Below are positions 25,897 through 39,110 of a stretch of DNA of 51,928 bases, piece after piece. The position numbers were made by a program, and so were the translations under genes. The stretch is from the NCBI GenBank assembly GCA_051453625.1, contig JBOZIK010000001.1:5674356-5726283 (forward strand), given 5' to 3'. Under the pieces are notes generated by a model. It did no database searches. It worked only from the letters and a program-made list of their open reading frames with translations, and was not told where the DNA came from. Every line of letters starts with the position of its first letter. Positions within the stretch are counted from its first letter, which is position 1. The stretch comes from Welwitschia mirabilis (lineage: Eukaryota).

Positions 25897-26748
25897 CTAA
25901 TCATAGAAGCTTCCAACAAAAACATACTCTATTTTGATAGTTGAATGGATGGTTGAATTTTGCTTTTTACTACTCTAAGATCTTAAGCATTACCCAAGTA
26001 AGAAGCAATTTCCACTAGTGCTTCATCTATCATTTTTATAACCTATTCAGTTTGCATCATAACATCTAACTAGATTAAGGTAAGAGTATTTTGAATACCA
26101 AGGGCTCTAATTAGTTTTACATTTTAAATAGTGAAGTATTGTTTTGACTATCATAAGATGTAATTCTCTAAGATCAGTTTAATAATAGGCACAAATTTTT
26201 ATAATAAAAATGATATCACATTTACTAGCTATAATATATAATAAACTACTAATCATACCTTTATATAGCTCTTGATTAACTTTTTTATCATGTTTATCTT
26301 TATCTACTTTTAACTCATTGGAATATTCTTTATCTTTCAATCCCATAAGCCATATTTGATCAATAAATTTTTAACATATTTAGAATGAAAAACAAATGTA
26401 ACTTATTCATGTTACACAACTTGAAGTCCTAAGAAGTTTTTCATTTCTTCCATGAGGCTAATCTCAAATTTATCCTACATAATCTTGATATATTCTTACA
26501 TAATTATTCATTATTAGAACTGAAAATTATATCATTCATATATATTGATATAATGAAAAAATCTTTACCATCTATTTTACTGAATAACATAATATCAGAT
26601 GTAACTTTTTTAAATTCATTTGTTATTAGATGTTTTCAGAGTCTCTCATACCAAGCTCTAGATTCTTGATTAAGATCATAAAGAGCCTTTTTTAGCTTAT
26701 AAACGTAATCTAATTTATAAGAGTCATTAAAACCTTCAAGTTACTTAG

Positions 26749-29700
26749 TGTTTACAAACAAAAATTAACATTTCAAGAAAGTATAATTGATTAATTTTAT
26801 ATACATAAAGATATTTAATTCATTGCTTTATTATAAAATGATGTATTTTATCTTTTTAATCATGTTTTTATGAAAATATTAGCTTTTTTATAACATTAGC
26901 ATGTTTATTACTAGCTTTTTGGAAATTTTACAAAACTTGAAGAGATTACAACAAACAATACTAGTGTTTTCATTTTGGACTATACTATTGTTGACTTTCT
27001 AGGATAGAATGATGTAAAAATCATGTTCTTACACATGTTTAAGAAATTAATTAAATTACATTTATAAGCTAAATTAAAATTTGATTTAGAGTAAATCTTA
27101 AACTTCAACAATACTTGGTAAAAATATAAAATAATATAACATAATAACATGTGATAATAACAAGGATGATTACATAGAAGATACATAGCATACATTTGTT
27201 AATAGTGTCATCATCATAGAAGGAACATGTCATCATCTCTATTTCACATGAAGACAAATTAATATTTCTTTGTTACTACATGCCAAAATTTGTAACTTCC
27301 TCCTTACGTAACCACCCTTATAATCCTTCTTATGTAATCATCCATCTAACATAATTATTAAAAAGCTCTCTAAGTCTTTCCTAACCTATAAAAGGGCATT
27401 CATCCCTCATTATAATGGATCTTTTAGTTGGCTAATGTAGTGGGAAGAGTTAAAGTACTAGGATATCAAGATGTTATAATCATTTTTATTAAGGATAGAT
27501 TCTTCAAATGCTAGTTGAGAAGTTCTTCATCTTCATCTCTCTTCTTTTAATGTAATGTATATTTTTATATTTTTAACACAAGAATTGATTTTTCTTCCTT
27601 TCATTGCTAATGCACAATTCATATAATATTAGTAATATTTAGGTAAACATATTTTTTCATCAAGTTATTTTATTACAAAGTGACTTATTTGAGGTTATTT
27701 TTGAGATATTATACTTGTTATTATTTGATGGATCTTATGCATGTTCATTCGTACTTTCCATGCTAATGAAGTGCTATGAACTATCAAGTGAACTGAATAA
27801 CTCACTAGCACTTATGTGGTAGATGAGATTATTCCTCCACAATGATCCTTAATGACTTAATAATTTAGTTATATCTTAGAAATACAAGAGTCATTAGAAT
27901 GATAGTGAATAATTGGATGAATTAGCTAGATCCTTGAATCACTTTTATATCCTTATGATGTAAACTAAAGACCACTTGAGTTCTCAATGTTTTATTTGTT
28001 TTGAGTTCTATTATAAGTTAAAATAATTATTTTTCTTTTTTTTAGTTACCAAACATATATCCTTGTGGAAGAACTGTACTACATTTTCACCTAGTTTTAA
28101 ATCCATTTCATGGCTATACATGAATAGAATGTGGCACCATTGTTTGGGATATTAGCATAGTAGCTTTTTAAGAGTGCATGATTTTCTTTTTGTAATTTTT
28201 AATTAGTTTTATTTTATAGTCATGGCTACTAGTCCTTTTTTTAGAAACACCTAAAATAATCCTTCTCCATTTCATTTGGATGTTTTTTCTATCTTCCAAT
28301 GATGGGTACTACTTCTTTTCTAGTGAAATCCAAATTGGTCCAAATTGTTGAGTTTAATTTTATAATATAATAACTAAAATTTATTTTTACTTGTGATATT
28401 TCATGTTTCATGTCCAATTTCTTGTAGGTTTCAACCAAAACTAAGATTACAAATTAGAAAAATTATACTCTAATGATTTATTGTGTGTTTTATGTTTTTA
28501 TTATTTTTTATAATTTTCTATAAATTCTTCAATTTATTTATTTTTATTTTTGTTAAAGAATTAAAAACATTTAGGATTTATGTTCTTATGTTAAATTCAC
28601 TAAGTTGTAGTTCATTTGATTTTTGTAAACATTTTCTAAGATCTTATAACCCCAAACATATTACATAGACTTGAACTTAATCTCTATTCTTTTTCAAACT
28701 ACTTTTTCCCAAACAACTCATGCCAATGTCTTTCCTAAATGATGCCCGATTTATTACTTAAGTACTCTACAAATTTACTTATGTAATCTCTTTGAAACTT
28801 TTTTGATAATCGGAATCCTCTAAAACCTTAAAATATTAGAAAAACATAAACCTTTACTCAAAATTATAATTCATTTTCTAAAATCTAGTAATGAGTTAGG
28901 CATCTAATCCATTTCAAATAACTTCTGAACTAGAACCTATCTATTCCTATAATTTTTAGAATCATGAGTAACCTAAACAAACTATAGAAGATTTTATTTA
29001 GCCTAAGTAAATTCTAAGAAACTATCTTTATTGAAACTCATATCATTCATAACCCCTAAATTCTTTTGATACTAGATAGACTTTTGAAGAGTATTTTAGA
29101 AGCCTATAATTCCCTCCATACATAGAATAATATTTCTATAATGTTAAGTTTCAAAACCCATATATTGAACATTGGGAATTTGATCCCATTCCTTTTACTA
29201 CCTCTTACAAACCTTACCCTTCATATTCCTTTATATATTCTTCACTATTCGATTAATACCCTCCATATCATTATGCTCAATAAACCTTCTTACCTTTCTT
29301 TGAAGATACCTTTTAAATATTTTTACAAGGCACTACCTAGATATCTTCCCACATGCCTTAGAACCCTTCACTTCTTTGGAATAAATCACTAGGAATATTG
29401 AATAAATTCTTCAACAAATATCTAAAACTGATGCTTAAATATTTAGATCTCTTAAAAAATAACAAGAAGAAGAAAACCTTCATACATTCCATGAACCTAC
29501 CAATCCTAAAGCTTTGAAAGGATTAATAAGATAAAATTTATGATACCCAAATCATATCCTTCAAGAATAAGAAAGAAACCCATGAAGAAGTGAATGAAGA
29601 ACCTTATAAAGAAAGTTAAGAAAACCTTGAGTTTTAAAATTAATTAGAGAGTAAAGGACTATGTAAAAATAGGTTATATTTTAGACTATGATTATATACA

Positions 29701-31885
29701 TTTGATGATAAGAAATTAGTATAAAGTGAGCAACTATTTGAATAATACTTTAAATTAAAGAGCTATATAACATAGGATGAGTCATTAAGTGGTATTCATG
29801 AGTAAAAAAAATAAAAAACAACCATTGTTTCTTATGAAACCATAAAATAAAGAATCACTTATCTACCTCAATAAAGAGAAAAAAATTAGTGAAGAGTCCA
29901 TTCATGATCTAATCTATGAGTGATCCTTTTTCTCAAAAATCCCTTAATCCAATTCTATCATTTTCATCTTTACCTTTAAAGAAAGACCCATGTCTCAATG
30001 AAGAACACAAATCATGTTCATATTTGAAACCCTCTTTTGATACTTCTATTGATAATTATTTTCCTTTTTTAATGGTTTTTAATTCTTTTTTGTCTTCACT
30101 CCAAAATGATATCTTACATAAGTTATTAAATAAGCAAAAACAAGCTAAATAAGAGATTATTTATGATTTAGAATGCGTTATTCTTACTATTAGCATTAAT
30201 GTTCTTCTAATTTTTATGGATTCATGCATAAATATTTATAATTATTCTCTTTCATTGCTGAATGTTTTGTATAATCTTGATTCGTAATCTAACCATTTCA
30301 TTCATCGTTTGACTCATTATGCATGCATTATCTTGGAAATATTCTTTCTAATTTTTTAGCTTTGTAGTGTTTTTTTTAGATTAAACTACTCTTTCAAATT
30401 AGAGTTTCCTCTTAGAATAGATGTAGGTTTAAGAAAACTAAAAATATTAAAAACATTTGTACTTGATGTCCTTTCTTTCTTTAAATCACCTAATAATTGT
30501 CATCTATATGTTCATTACCTTAAATCCTTTCATCTTGGAAATCCCAAATTTCATCTACAATATAGAATCAATCATCACTACTTTAAACCCCATTAACTAT
30601 TCCATCCACTTTGGTGATCCCTAATAAATCTCATCAATCACCCTCTTCTTTCATCCATCTATAAGTTTTTAAGATTAGATGATCATAATTAATAAACTTA
30701 ATGAAATAAACTAATAATAAGTGATCACTTATCATTGCGAATCAAGTAGAACTTAAGTTTATTTGTAGTTATTTAAGAAAACATTTTGCTTATTTTCTAG
30801 TTAACTTATAAAGTTAGTTTCACTTAAGTTTCTTAACTAAAAAATATGATTTAACTAAGTTAGGATCTAGTTTCATGCTAAGTTTCATGTTTTCAAAGCA
30901 TTTTGAAAATAAGATTCTTCTTGATTAAACTAATATGTCAATGACCCCTTCATGTCCATCAAAATTAATTGAACATGAGAAGGATTAATTTAGAGAAAAT
31001 CAAATATCTTCTTTCTAAAAAGCATATTACACTTTTTTTAATTAAATGCTTAAAACAAGGAACAAAGTATGATCCTAGAAAAGGTGAAAAAAATTTGAAA
31101 TAGAAAAGGTGAAGTTGAAAGATTCTTTTGTATTTACTTTCTTTACCTTATGTACTTGAAATTTTACTTAACTAATTTTTTCTTACTCATAGGTTTTCTT
31201 AGAGGATATTTTATTTATTTAATATCATGATAAATTTTAAATTTAGAATAAAATTCATAAATTTACAATAAATTTGGTGATTAATTTGGGTAATCTATAG
31301 TTTTGGAATTTCAGAATGGTGCATTTTCATTAATGTTTGGTTTTTCCTAAGATTGCATTATAGCTTTTCCTAAATACTTACATTAAAATTATTTGCTAGT
31401 CTTGCATGAAAACCCTTGTAATATAAAATATTTTTAATACCTTGAATTATTCTTAAAATATATCTATAAAATTTCTTATCTTTAAAACTTTGATAATAAA
31501 ATCTAATTTTGGCTAGGAGGAATGACTTTTATTATTATAGATGTTTTTTTATTTTAGTATCTTAACTATCAAAAATTGATTAAAAATTTTTAAAAATAAT
31601 ATTATTTCTATACTTGAACATTTTTATTTAGGAAAATTTTCCATGTTAATCATTTCTTATTAACGTTTTACTAAGAGTTTAGCAAAAGTTTGGTTAGGAG
31701 GTGTATTTACATGCAAAGATTGATATTCTAAGAAAATATAGTTGATTAAATTTGCATAAGGAAAAACATTTAATTCATTGATTTATCATAAAAAGATTTC
31801 CTTCATCTTTTTTATCATGTTTTCATGAAAATATAAGCTTTGATTTAATGTTAGTAGGCTTTCTATAGCTTTTTGAGAACATTGC
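26749..31885 (+). mobile_element. Non-autonomous Athila-like element B (5' LTR 26749-28126, PBS, non-coding interior, PPT ~31690, 3' LTR from 31704 cut at 31885)
   Basis: TGTTTAC start; first ~170 bp repeated at 31704; PBS tggcaccattgtttggga at 28132; no pol motifs recognised. Confidence 0.7.
28132..28149 (+). promoter_or_regulatory. Primer binding site, decayed TGGCGCCGTTGCCGGGGA Athila type (others at ~34194 and ~42345)
   Basis: Immediately follows the LTR end in three elements. Confidence 0.7.
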
Positions 31886-34800
31886 TATTGTGGACTAAAT
31901 TGGCTACATTTAACATAATGTTTGAGGAAGTTTTCAAATCAAATTACATAGGTTACTCTAAGAATATAAAAAATTCATCAGAGCTTTATGATCAATATAA
32001 ATCAAATGGATTTCTAGTTATATTTAACTTATTTCTTATTCTAATTGAAGATTCATCTATGCTATCTTATAAGAAAGTAGAAGGGGTATTAGAACATTAA
32101 CTAAACAGACTCCACATTGCAATGATTACAATGAATTCATACTAGTTATAAAAGGTCTAAGAAATGCATTAAATTATGAAAACATTATGAAAATTCAAAA
32201 TATAACTTAAGGCCAATAATCAGAAGTAATAAAATTAAAAAAAATGTCATTCATCGCATCATTTAGATGATACTTCTAGATGACTACTAGAGATTTTTTA
32301 ATGGAAAGGGTTAAGTTTGGAATATTATCCACATCATTATCTAGATTAGACTTGAGATGACATGTTAGCAAAAGCATCCTTATGCAACCATGTATCTTGC
32401 ATCAATAGTAAATTTGAGCTATCGCCAAACATATCATCTTGATAATAGTAAGAATAGTAATTTGGATAAGCATCAAGCATTAAGAAGTAGTTATTACTAT
32501 CATCCACTCCACTGTCTCCACAACTGAGGTGGATGATAATTAGTTATTTATTAAAAAAATTAATCTTGTTATAATAAAAGTTTATTTTGATCATGCCTTT
32601 TTACATCACAAACTTGGCATAACTGAATATTGACTCCAAATTACAAATAAACCCCCCAGATCATACTTTACTATTATTTTCTACATATTATAAATTAGAT
32701 ATTAAAGGGATAAAGGAATCTATCTTAGCTTAAGAGAAATATATCCTTGATGTTCGACTATAACTCTTACACTAAGGAACTTTGGCTTACAAGTGGATGT
32801 ATAAAAATTTAAGTAATTAATAATGACTGGCTGAATTATCTTTCTTTCATAAACATTTTCTTTTATTCCTTATAATTCATGTTAATTACAATTTAGTGAT
32901 ACATTGAAAAGCCAAATTGACTTATTTAATACAATTGTGGAGTACATTTCCAAGTCCTATTGATAGGTTTTTTATGGATTTATGAAAATTATATAAAGAT
33001 TTCATATAGGTCAAAATATGCAATAATTTCCAAAATAAAAAGCTATTTTTACATGATGATGGACCAAAGCAATTTGATGAAGATAGTATGGTCATCCTCT
33101 ATATCATGGAGACGAAATAGGAGATGATAATCAACATAGTATGGTCATCCCCTATATCATGGAGATTATATTTAGAACAATAGTTACCATAGCTTTCACA
33201 ATTGACATGTGTTGAGTGTCAATTGATGGATGGAGTGATCATACTCTATGTCATGGGAATGACATGATGAATGATAGTTAATATCATTTGTAAAGTTAAT
33301 TAAATTATTATGAAAATATGGATTTAAGTTATACCTCTTTATTTTACACCCCATTAGTGACCTCTAACCATTCATCCCAACCTATAAATAAATCCTTTTA
33401 GATCCTATTCAAAATCATCTTTTATCATCTACATTCTTATGATGATTAAAGATTATTAGAGGCAAGAAAATCCATCCTACTTGTAAGAAGTATTGTCTTG
33501 GTGTTAGGTAGTGAATCTTCCATGAAGGAGTTGTTATTGCAAGTGGATGTACTTCAATTTTACTAGTAAAAATATCATCTTTTTTCATCTACATTCTTGT
33601 GATGATTGGATATTGTTAAAGCCAATGAGATCAATCCTACTTGTAAAAAGGACTACCTTGATGTTAGGCAGAGATTCTTCCATTGAGGAGTTATTATTAT
33701 AAGTGGATGTAATTCAATTTTATTAATAAAAATATTAATTGAATTTAAACTATTTCCAAAGGCTTTATTATTATTTCTTATAGCTTATCTTAATTATAAT
33801 TTAAGTGATAGGAATTAGTAATTGAAATGGGTTATAAGGATCAATCTAGTAATAGTAGATTAAAATTTCATTAATTAAGTACATTATAATTGCACTCATT
33901 CTACATTATATTACATTTGATTTTATTCCGTTGCATTGAATTTCATCTTCATCTTTGAATTATCTAATTTTAATTACTATAAAGCAAAATCCAAACATAT
34001 ATTATTCTTTTCTTCCTAAAGAAAATTTTCATATCCTTTTTAGAAGTCTTCTCTAAGTGCATGACATTTGGGTTGATCCCATTATACAAATGTGTATTAT
34101 GTGTAATTAGATTATGAGCTTTTCATATGTTTCAAATTAAATCCAATCTTTAGGATATTAGAATTAGAAGCATAAATATGCATTGTAACATTTTGGTAGT
34201 GTTGCTAAAAAAGACTTTAAGAGAAAAAAATATTTTCATTACTTAAGTAAGTATTTTAAATTCATTTCAAATTATGTAGTTGAATAGTATTGTATTTTAT
34301 CCTTTTGGATCTACTTATACTTGATTATTATTTTATCTATAAGTAATTGTTTAATTATCCATTTGAAGTGTAGTTTAATTTCCTTTCCTACAAATTGTAA
34401 TTTTTATTTCTTGTAATTTTTCTTTCTTTATTTTCAAGTGTAACTTTAATTTGAAGGATTTATATTTTAATTCAGCAATTTATTAGGTCCACCACTCACA
34501 CTTCATATAATCTTAGGAATTACCATATTGATTATTATTTTTCAACAAACTTGGCCTACACTTTATGCTTCATGTGATCATCTGATTGATTGCCACATTC
34601 CTTTGTTATATCCTAATCCTTGCACCTTTGAGTAATCTTGCAGATTGATGCTACTTAAATGTAAAGAAGTTTATTTAACATAATTTAACTTTACAAGGTA
34701 ATGATAAATAGTAGAAAAGGAAAATACACTCATAAAAGGCATTTTCTTAATAAAGAAATCAAAGAAGGGTTGATGGACTTTAATTCAAGAACTTGAGGTA

Positions 34801-35029
34801 AGAAAGAAAAATTTATTTCTTTAATTAAGTAAGATAATTATTCTGCATCTACTGCTTCTTATTCACATACCCTAAAATCTTTGAAAATTCTTAAAAATTA
34901 AGTAAGTTTTATGAAAAATCTTTCCTCTCCTCTTTTTCCTAATCATCCTAATATTCTTAACTCTATGGCATCAAATAAATCTTCATTAAAAATATTAGAA
35001 TCCTCTAATTTGAATATCACTTTAAAGGA

Positions 35030-36829
35030 TATGTTATCCAATAAAAAGAGAAATCTTCAAAACCCATTTGACCTACCCTCCAGTGATGACATAGAGTTAA
35101 AAAACTTGAATGCCTATCCTACCATTTTTAGAGAACTTAATAAAGACCCATTCCAACACATAGCTAAGATTGAACAAAATGAAAAAAATAAAACTTTAGA
35201 TAGAACCTATATAATAATCTTTCCATTTACCTTTAAATGAAAATTGAAAAATTAGCCTAAAACCATTACACATACAAGTCTTAAGTCATGGAATCAAGTA
35301 TAAGAAGTCTGTACTAAATGATTCATGAATGAGACAGTCATGAGGATGAGAAGAAAGGAAGTAACAAATTTTCAATAATACCCTTATGAATATTATTCTT
35401 CAACATATGAAAGATTCTTAATAGTTGTATCATTCAACTCAATGAATGAGTTTTATAAACAAGAACTTATTGATCACTTCTATAGTGGATTAAATAGTCA
35501 AACAAAACAAATGGTAGATTTTTCATGTGGTGGATATTTACTCAATTTAATCTTAAATGATGCTTGGAACTTATTAGAAGACCTTGTAAAAAGAAGTTAA
35601 AATTTTTTAAAAACTACATATAAAGACACTAGAACTATAGGTGAAATGCTTAAAGACTCTAAAAAATTCAACATGAGGAAGAACAACCAAAGGTTGACAT
35701 CCTACTTAGTAATCTTACTAGTATATTGGATAGTGGCACAAAAGCTTTAACTAATGCAAAATTGCTAAATCAACTGAATCATTGTGAAATATGTGATGAA
35801 AACTATCACTCTACTAAGGAATGCCCCATTTTACCAACTTGTAGAGAGGCCATATTCAACAAATTTTATGCATTTAATCAAAGGCCAAATGACTTTAAAG
35901 GTAACCAATAAGATCCATCATGAAATAATAAACCTTAAACATCTTTCAATCCCTTATTTAATAATAAATTTAGAAATCACAACTCTTAGCCACTATTGTA
36001 TATCATTTAAATTAAGATTATAACATGTGAAATAAATCAGATCTATAAAAATCACATGATATAACTATTAAAAGATAATATGCTACAATGCTAAGAAATG
36101 AATCTTGTATCATTTTAATTGTTTGATTTTTCATAGATCTAATGTATTTCACATGTTATACTCTTAATTTAAAGATTCAAGGGTAGCTACTATTGTATTG
36201 TTTTGGAAAGAAATAAGAAAATCAAGAAATACTTAATAGGCATAGGAACAAATGTAAACATTATACCTTTGCATATTTATAGAAAGTTTAGATTAGAAGA
36301 AAGGATTGAACCTATGAGAATAGTATTGGAATTTGATGATTCAATAATTAAGAAACTAATAGGAATAAATGAAGTCTTAGTTATTCAAATTTAGGAAGCT
36401 TTCAACTATATATATATGGTCATCATTGAGGTCGAACATAATGTAGGAAGAGCCTTTTGTGCAACAGCCCATTCTGTCATTGGTACTTGTATGGGGATGA
36501 TGGAATGTCATGTAGGTAATAAAATATTTAGTATTAAAGTATTTATTGCACTAAAAAATACATGAAAAGAAAATTTAATATAGACGAAAAAGTTAAGTCA
36601 TCCATGTTAGTTCAAAATTGTCCTTTAGAAGAAAGGCTTCTTTCATTACATGACTTAACTTTATTTAATTATGAAGAGGAATCATCTACTATTCTTAAAT
36701 CTTTAAACTCCTCCAATCCTTTCAATGTCAATCAAAACCTTTTAAACAACTCTTCTAATGATAATTTTCAATAGGACTTTTAACATAGACTTAATCATGA
36801 TATCCAACATGTAAGATCCATTGAAAAAC
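35030..36829 (+). pseudogene. gag (CX2CX4HX4C knuckle CEICDENYHSTKEC) and aspartic protease remnant, copy 1
   Basis: DPFQHI..IFPFT, HFYSGL..MVDFSCGG, zinc knuckle ~35783-35824, LIGIGTNVNIIP, VGRAFCAT. Confidence 0.85.
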
Positions 36830-36929
36830 NNNNNNNNNNNNNNNNNNNNNNNNNNNNNNNNNNNNNNNNNNNNNNNNNNNNNNNNNNNNNNNNNNNNNNN
36901 NNNNNNNNNNNNNNNNNNNNNNNNNNNNN

Positions 36930-39110
36930 CTATAGGTGAAATGCTTAGAGACTCAAAAAAAGTGCAACATGAAGAAGAATAACCAAAGGTTAACACCCTA
37001 CTTAGTAGTTTTACTAGCACATTAGAGAGTTACACAAAAGATTTAACTGATGTAAAATTACTAAATTAACTTAATCATTGTAAAATATGTGATGAAAGTT
37101 ATCACTCTATTAAGGAATGCCCAACTTTACCAACTTATAGAAAGCCCATATTCAATGAAGCTTATGCATTCAATCAAAGGACAAATAACTTTGGAGGTAA
37201 CCAACAATATCCACCAAGAAATAATAAACCTTTAACATCTTTTCAATCTTTATTTGACAACAAATATAGAAGTCATAACTCTCAGCCCAATTTTTCTAAT
37301 TATAATAAAAATGATACTTATAGAGAAATGATGGAGGAACTTAAAAAACATAAGATACCTACTAATAAGATCTTAGAAAATTAGAATAAAAACTTAGAAA
37401 ATTTGATTGGCCTTCTTCGACAAAACATGCTAGGCAATCAAAGACCTCAAGGATCACTTGCCATTCAAATTATTCCAAACCAAAATAATGTAAAGAAATA
37501 TTGAAAATTAGTAACTAGAAGTGGACATAACACTAGTCCTCATGAAAAACCTTTAACTTCTATCCATAAAGATAAGGAAAAAACCTCAAAGAGATGATAT
37601 TAAAATTCTTGATTAATTAAACTTTCCTTCTACTCTTAACTCTAAATCCAACAATAACAACCAACATTCAAATGAGTAGACTACCCCATGGCTAGAAAGA
37701 TTAAACAACAATCCAACTTATGATGAGTGTTTGAAAGCAATTATAAATGATGTTACTATCAATCTATCTTTTTGGAAGATCCTTTAAGACAACCCCATGT
37801 ACAACAAAATTTGGAAGGACTTAGTAAAGAGAAAACAAAAGAGGGTAATTCCAAGTAAAGTATTCATTACATAATCTCTTTTCAATTTACTTTCTCAAAA
37901 ATGTCCTAAGTTTAAAGATCCAAGAATAGCCACTATTGATGTTATTTTAGAAGGAAATAATAAAATCAAGAAATATCTAATAGATATAGGATCAAGTATC
38001 AGTATTATAACTTTGCACATTTATAAAAACTTGGATTAGAAGGGAGAATTAAACTTATCAAAATAGTGTTAAAATTGGCTGATGCATCAAATAAGAAACC
38101 TATAATTAAAGATTTCATGATTCAAAATAAATAAGATTTCCATCTTATAGATGTATTCATTATAGAGGTTGAACATAATGATTGATACCCTCTATTTTTA
38201 GGAAGAGATTTTTGTGCAAAAACTTATTGTGTCATTGATACTTGCATAGGAAAAATGAAATGTCATACAAGCAATAAAAAGTGTAGTATTAAAGTATTTG
38301 ATGCTACTGAAAAAGACTTGGAAGATGAAGTAGACATAGAAGAAAAAATTAGATCATCCATATTAGTTCAACTTCATCCTTTAGAAGAAATGCTCCTTTC
38401 ATTATATAATTCTACCTTGTTTAAGAATGAGTAAGAATATTTTATTATTTTTAAAGCTTTAAACTCCTTCAATTCTTACAACCTCAATCCAAATCTTTTA
38501 AACCACTCTTTTAATAATTATTTTCATGAGGACTTTAAACCCATACTTGATCATAATATCTAAGATATAAGATTCATTAAAAATATTTTACATCAAGATG
38601 GGTGTTCTACAACTATGAAGGATGAAAATAATCTTCAACTTAAAGACTTATCTAATGGCTTAAAATACATTTTCTTAAATAATAATCCTAATAAGCCATT
38701 TATCATTAGTTCTCAACTTCATCCTTCCCAAGAAAATGCTTTAATTCAACTTCTTACTTTAAAATTAGAAGAAAGACATTAATGCCATTCCTTCTCATAA
38801 TGTTCAACATAAAATTTACCTAGAGAATAATGCTAAGCTCATTAGATAACATTAAAGAATACTTAATCCTACCATTCAGCCAATATTCAAGGATAAAATC
38901 ATTAAACTTATGGATACTGAATAATTCATGCTTTTGTATAATACTCGAGTACATCTTATACATAACAAGCCAATCTCTAAATGTATTAATTCTTATCATG
39001 TGAAAAGGATACATTTCAATGGCTCTATTGAGATCTTTGATCTTCAACTTCAAGAAATCCAAAAAGTAAATGAACAAAGGTTAAAACTTTGTACATCTTC
39101 AGATGCTTAT
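36930..39110 (+). pseudogene. gag C-terminus, protease and RT start fused to integrase C-terminus, copy 2
   Basis: CKICDESYHSIKEC, LIDIGSSISII, PLFLGRDF, LKDLSNGLKYIFL, HKIYLENNAK..LNP, then directly LLYNTRVHL..NGSIEI..KVNEQRLK. Confidence 0.85.

Noticed and set aside
25897-26748. Segment between A1 and B
   Set aside because: AT-rich with no motif, repeat or coding signal I can support
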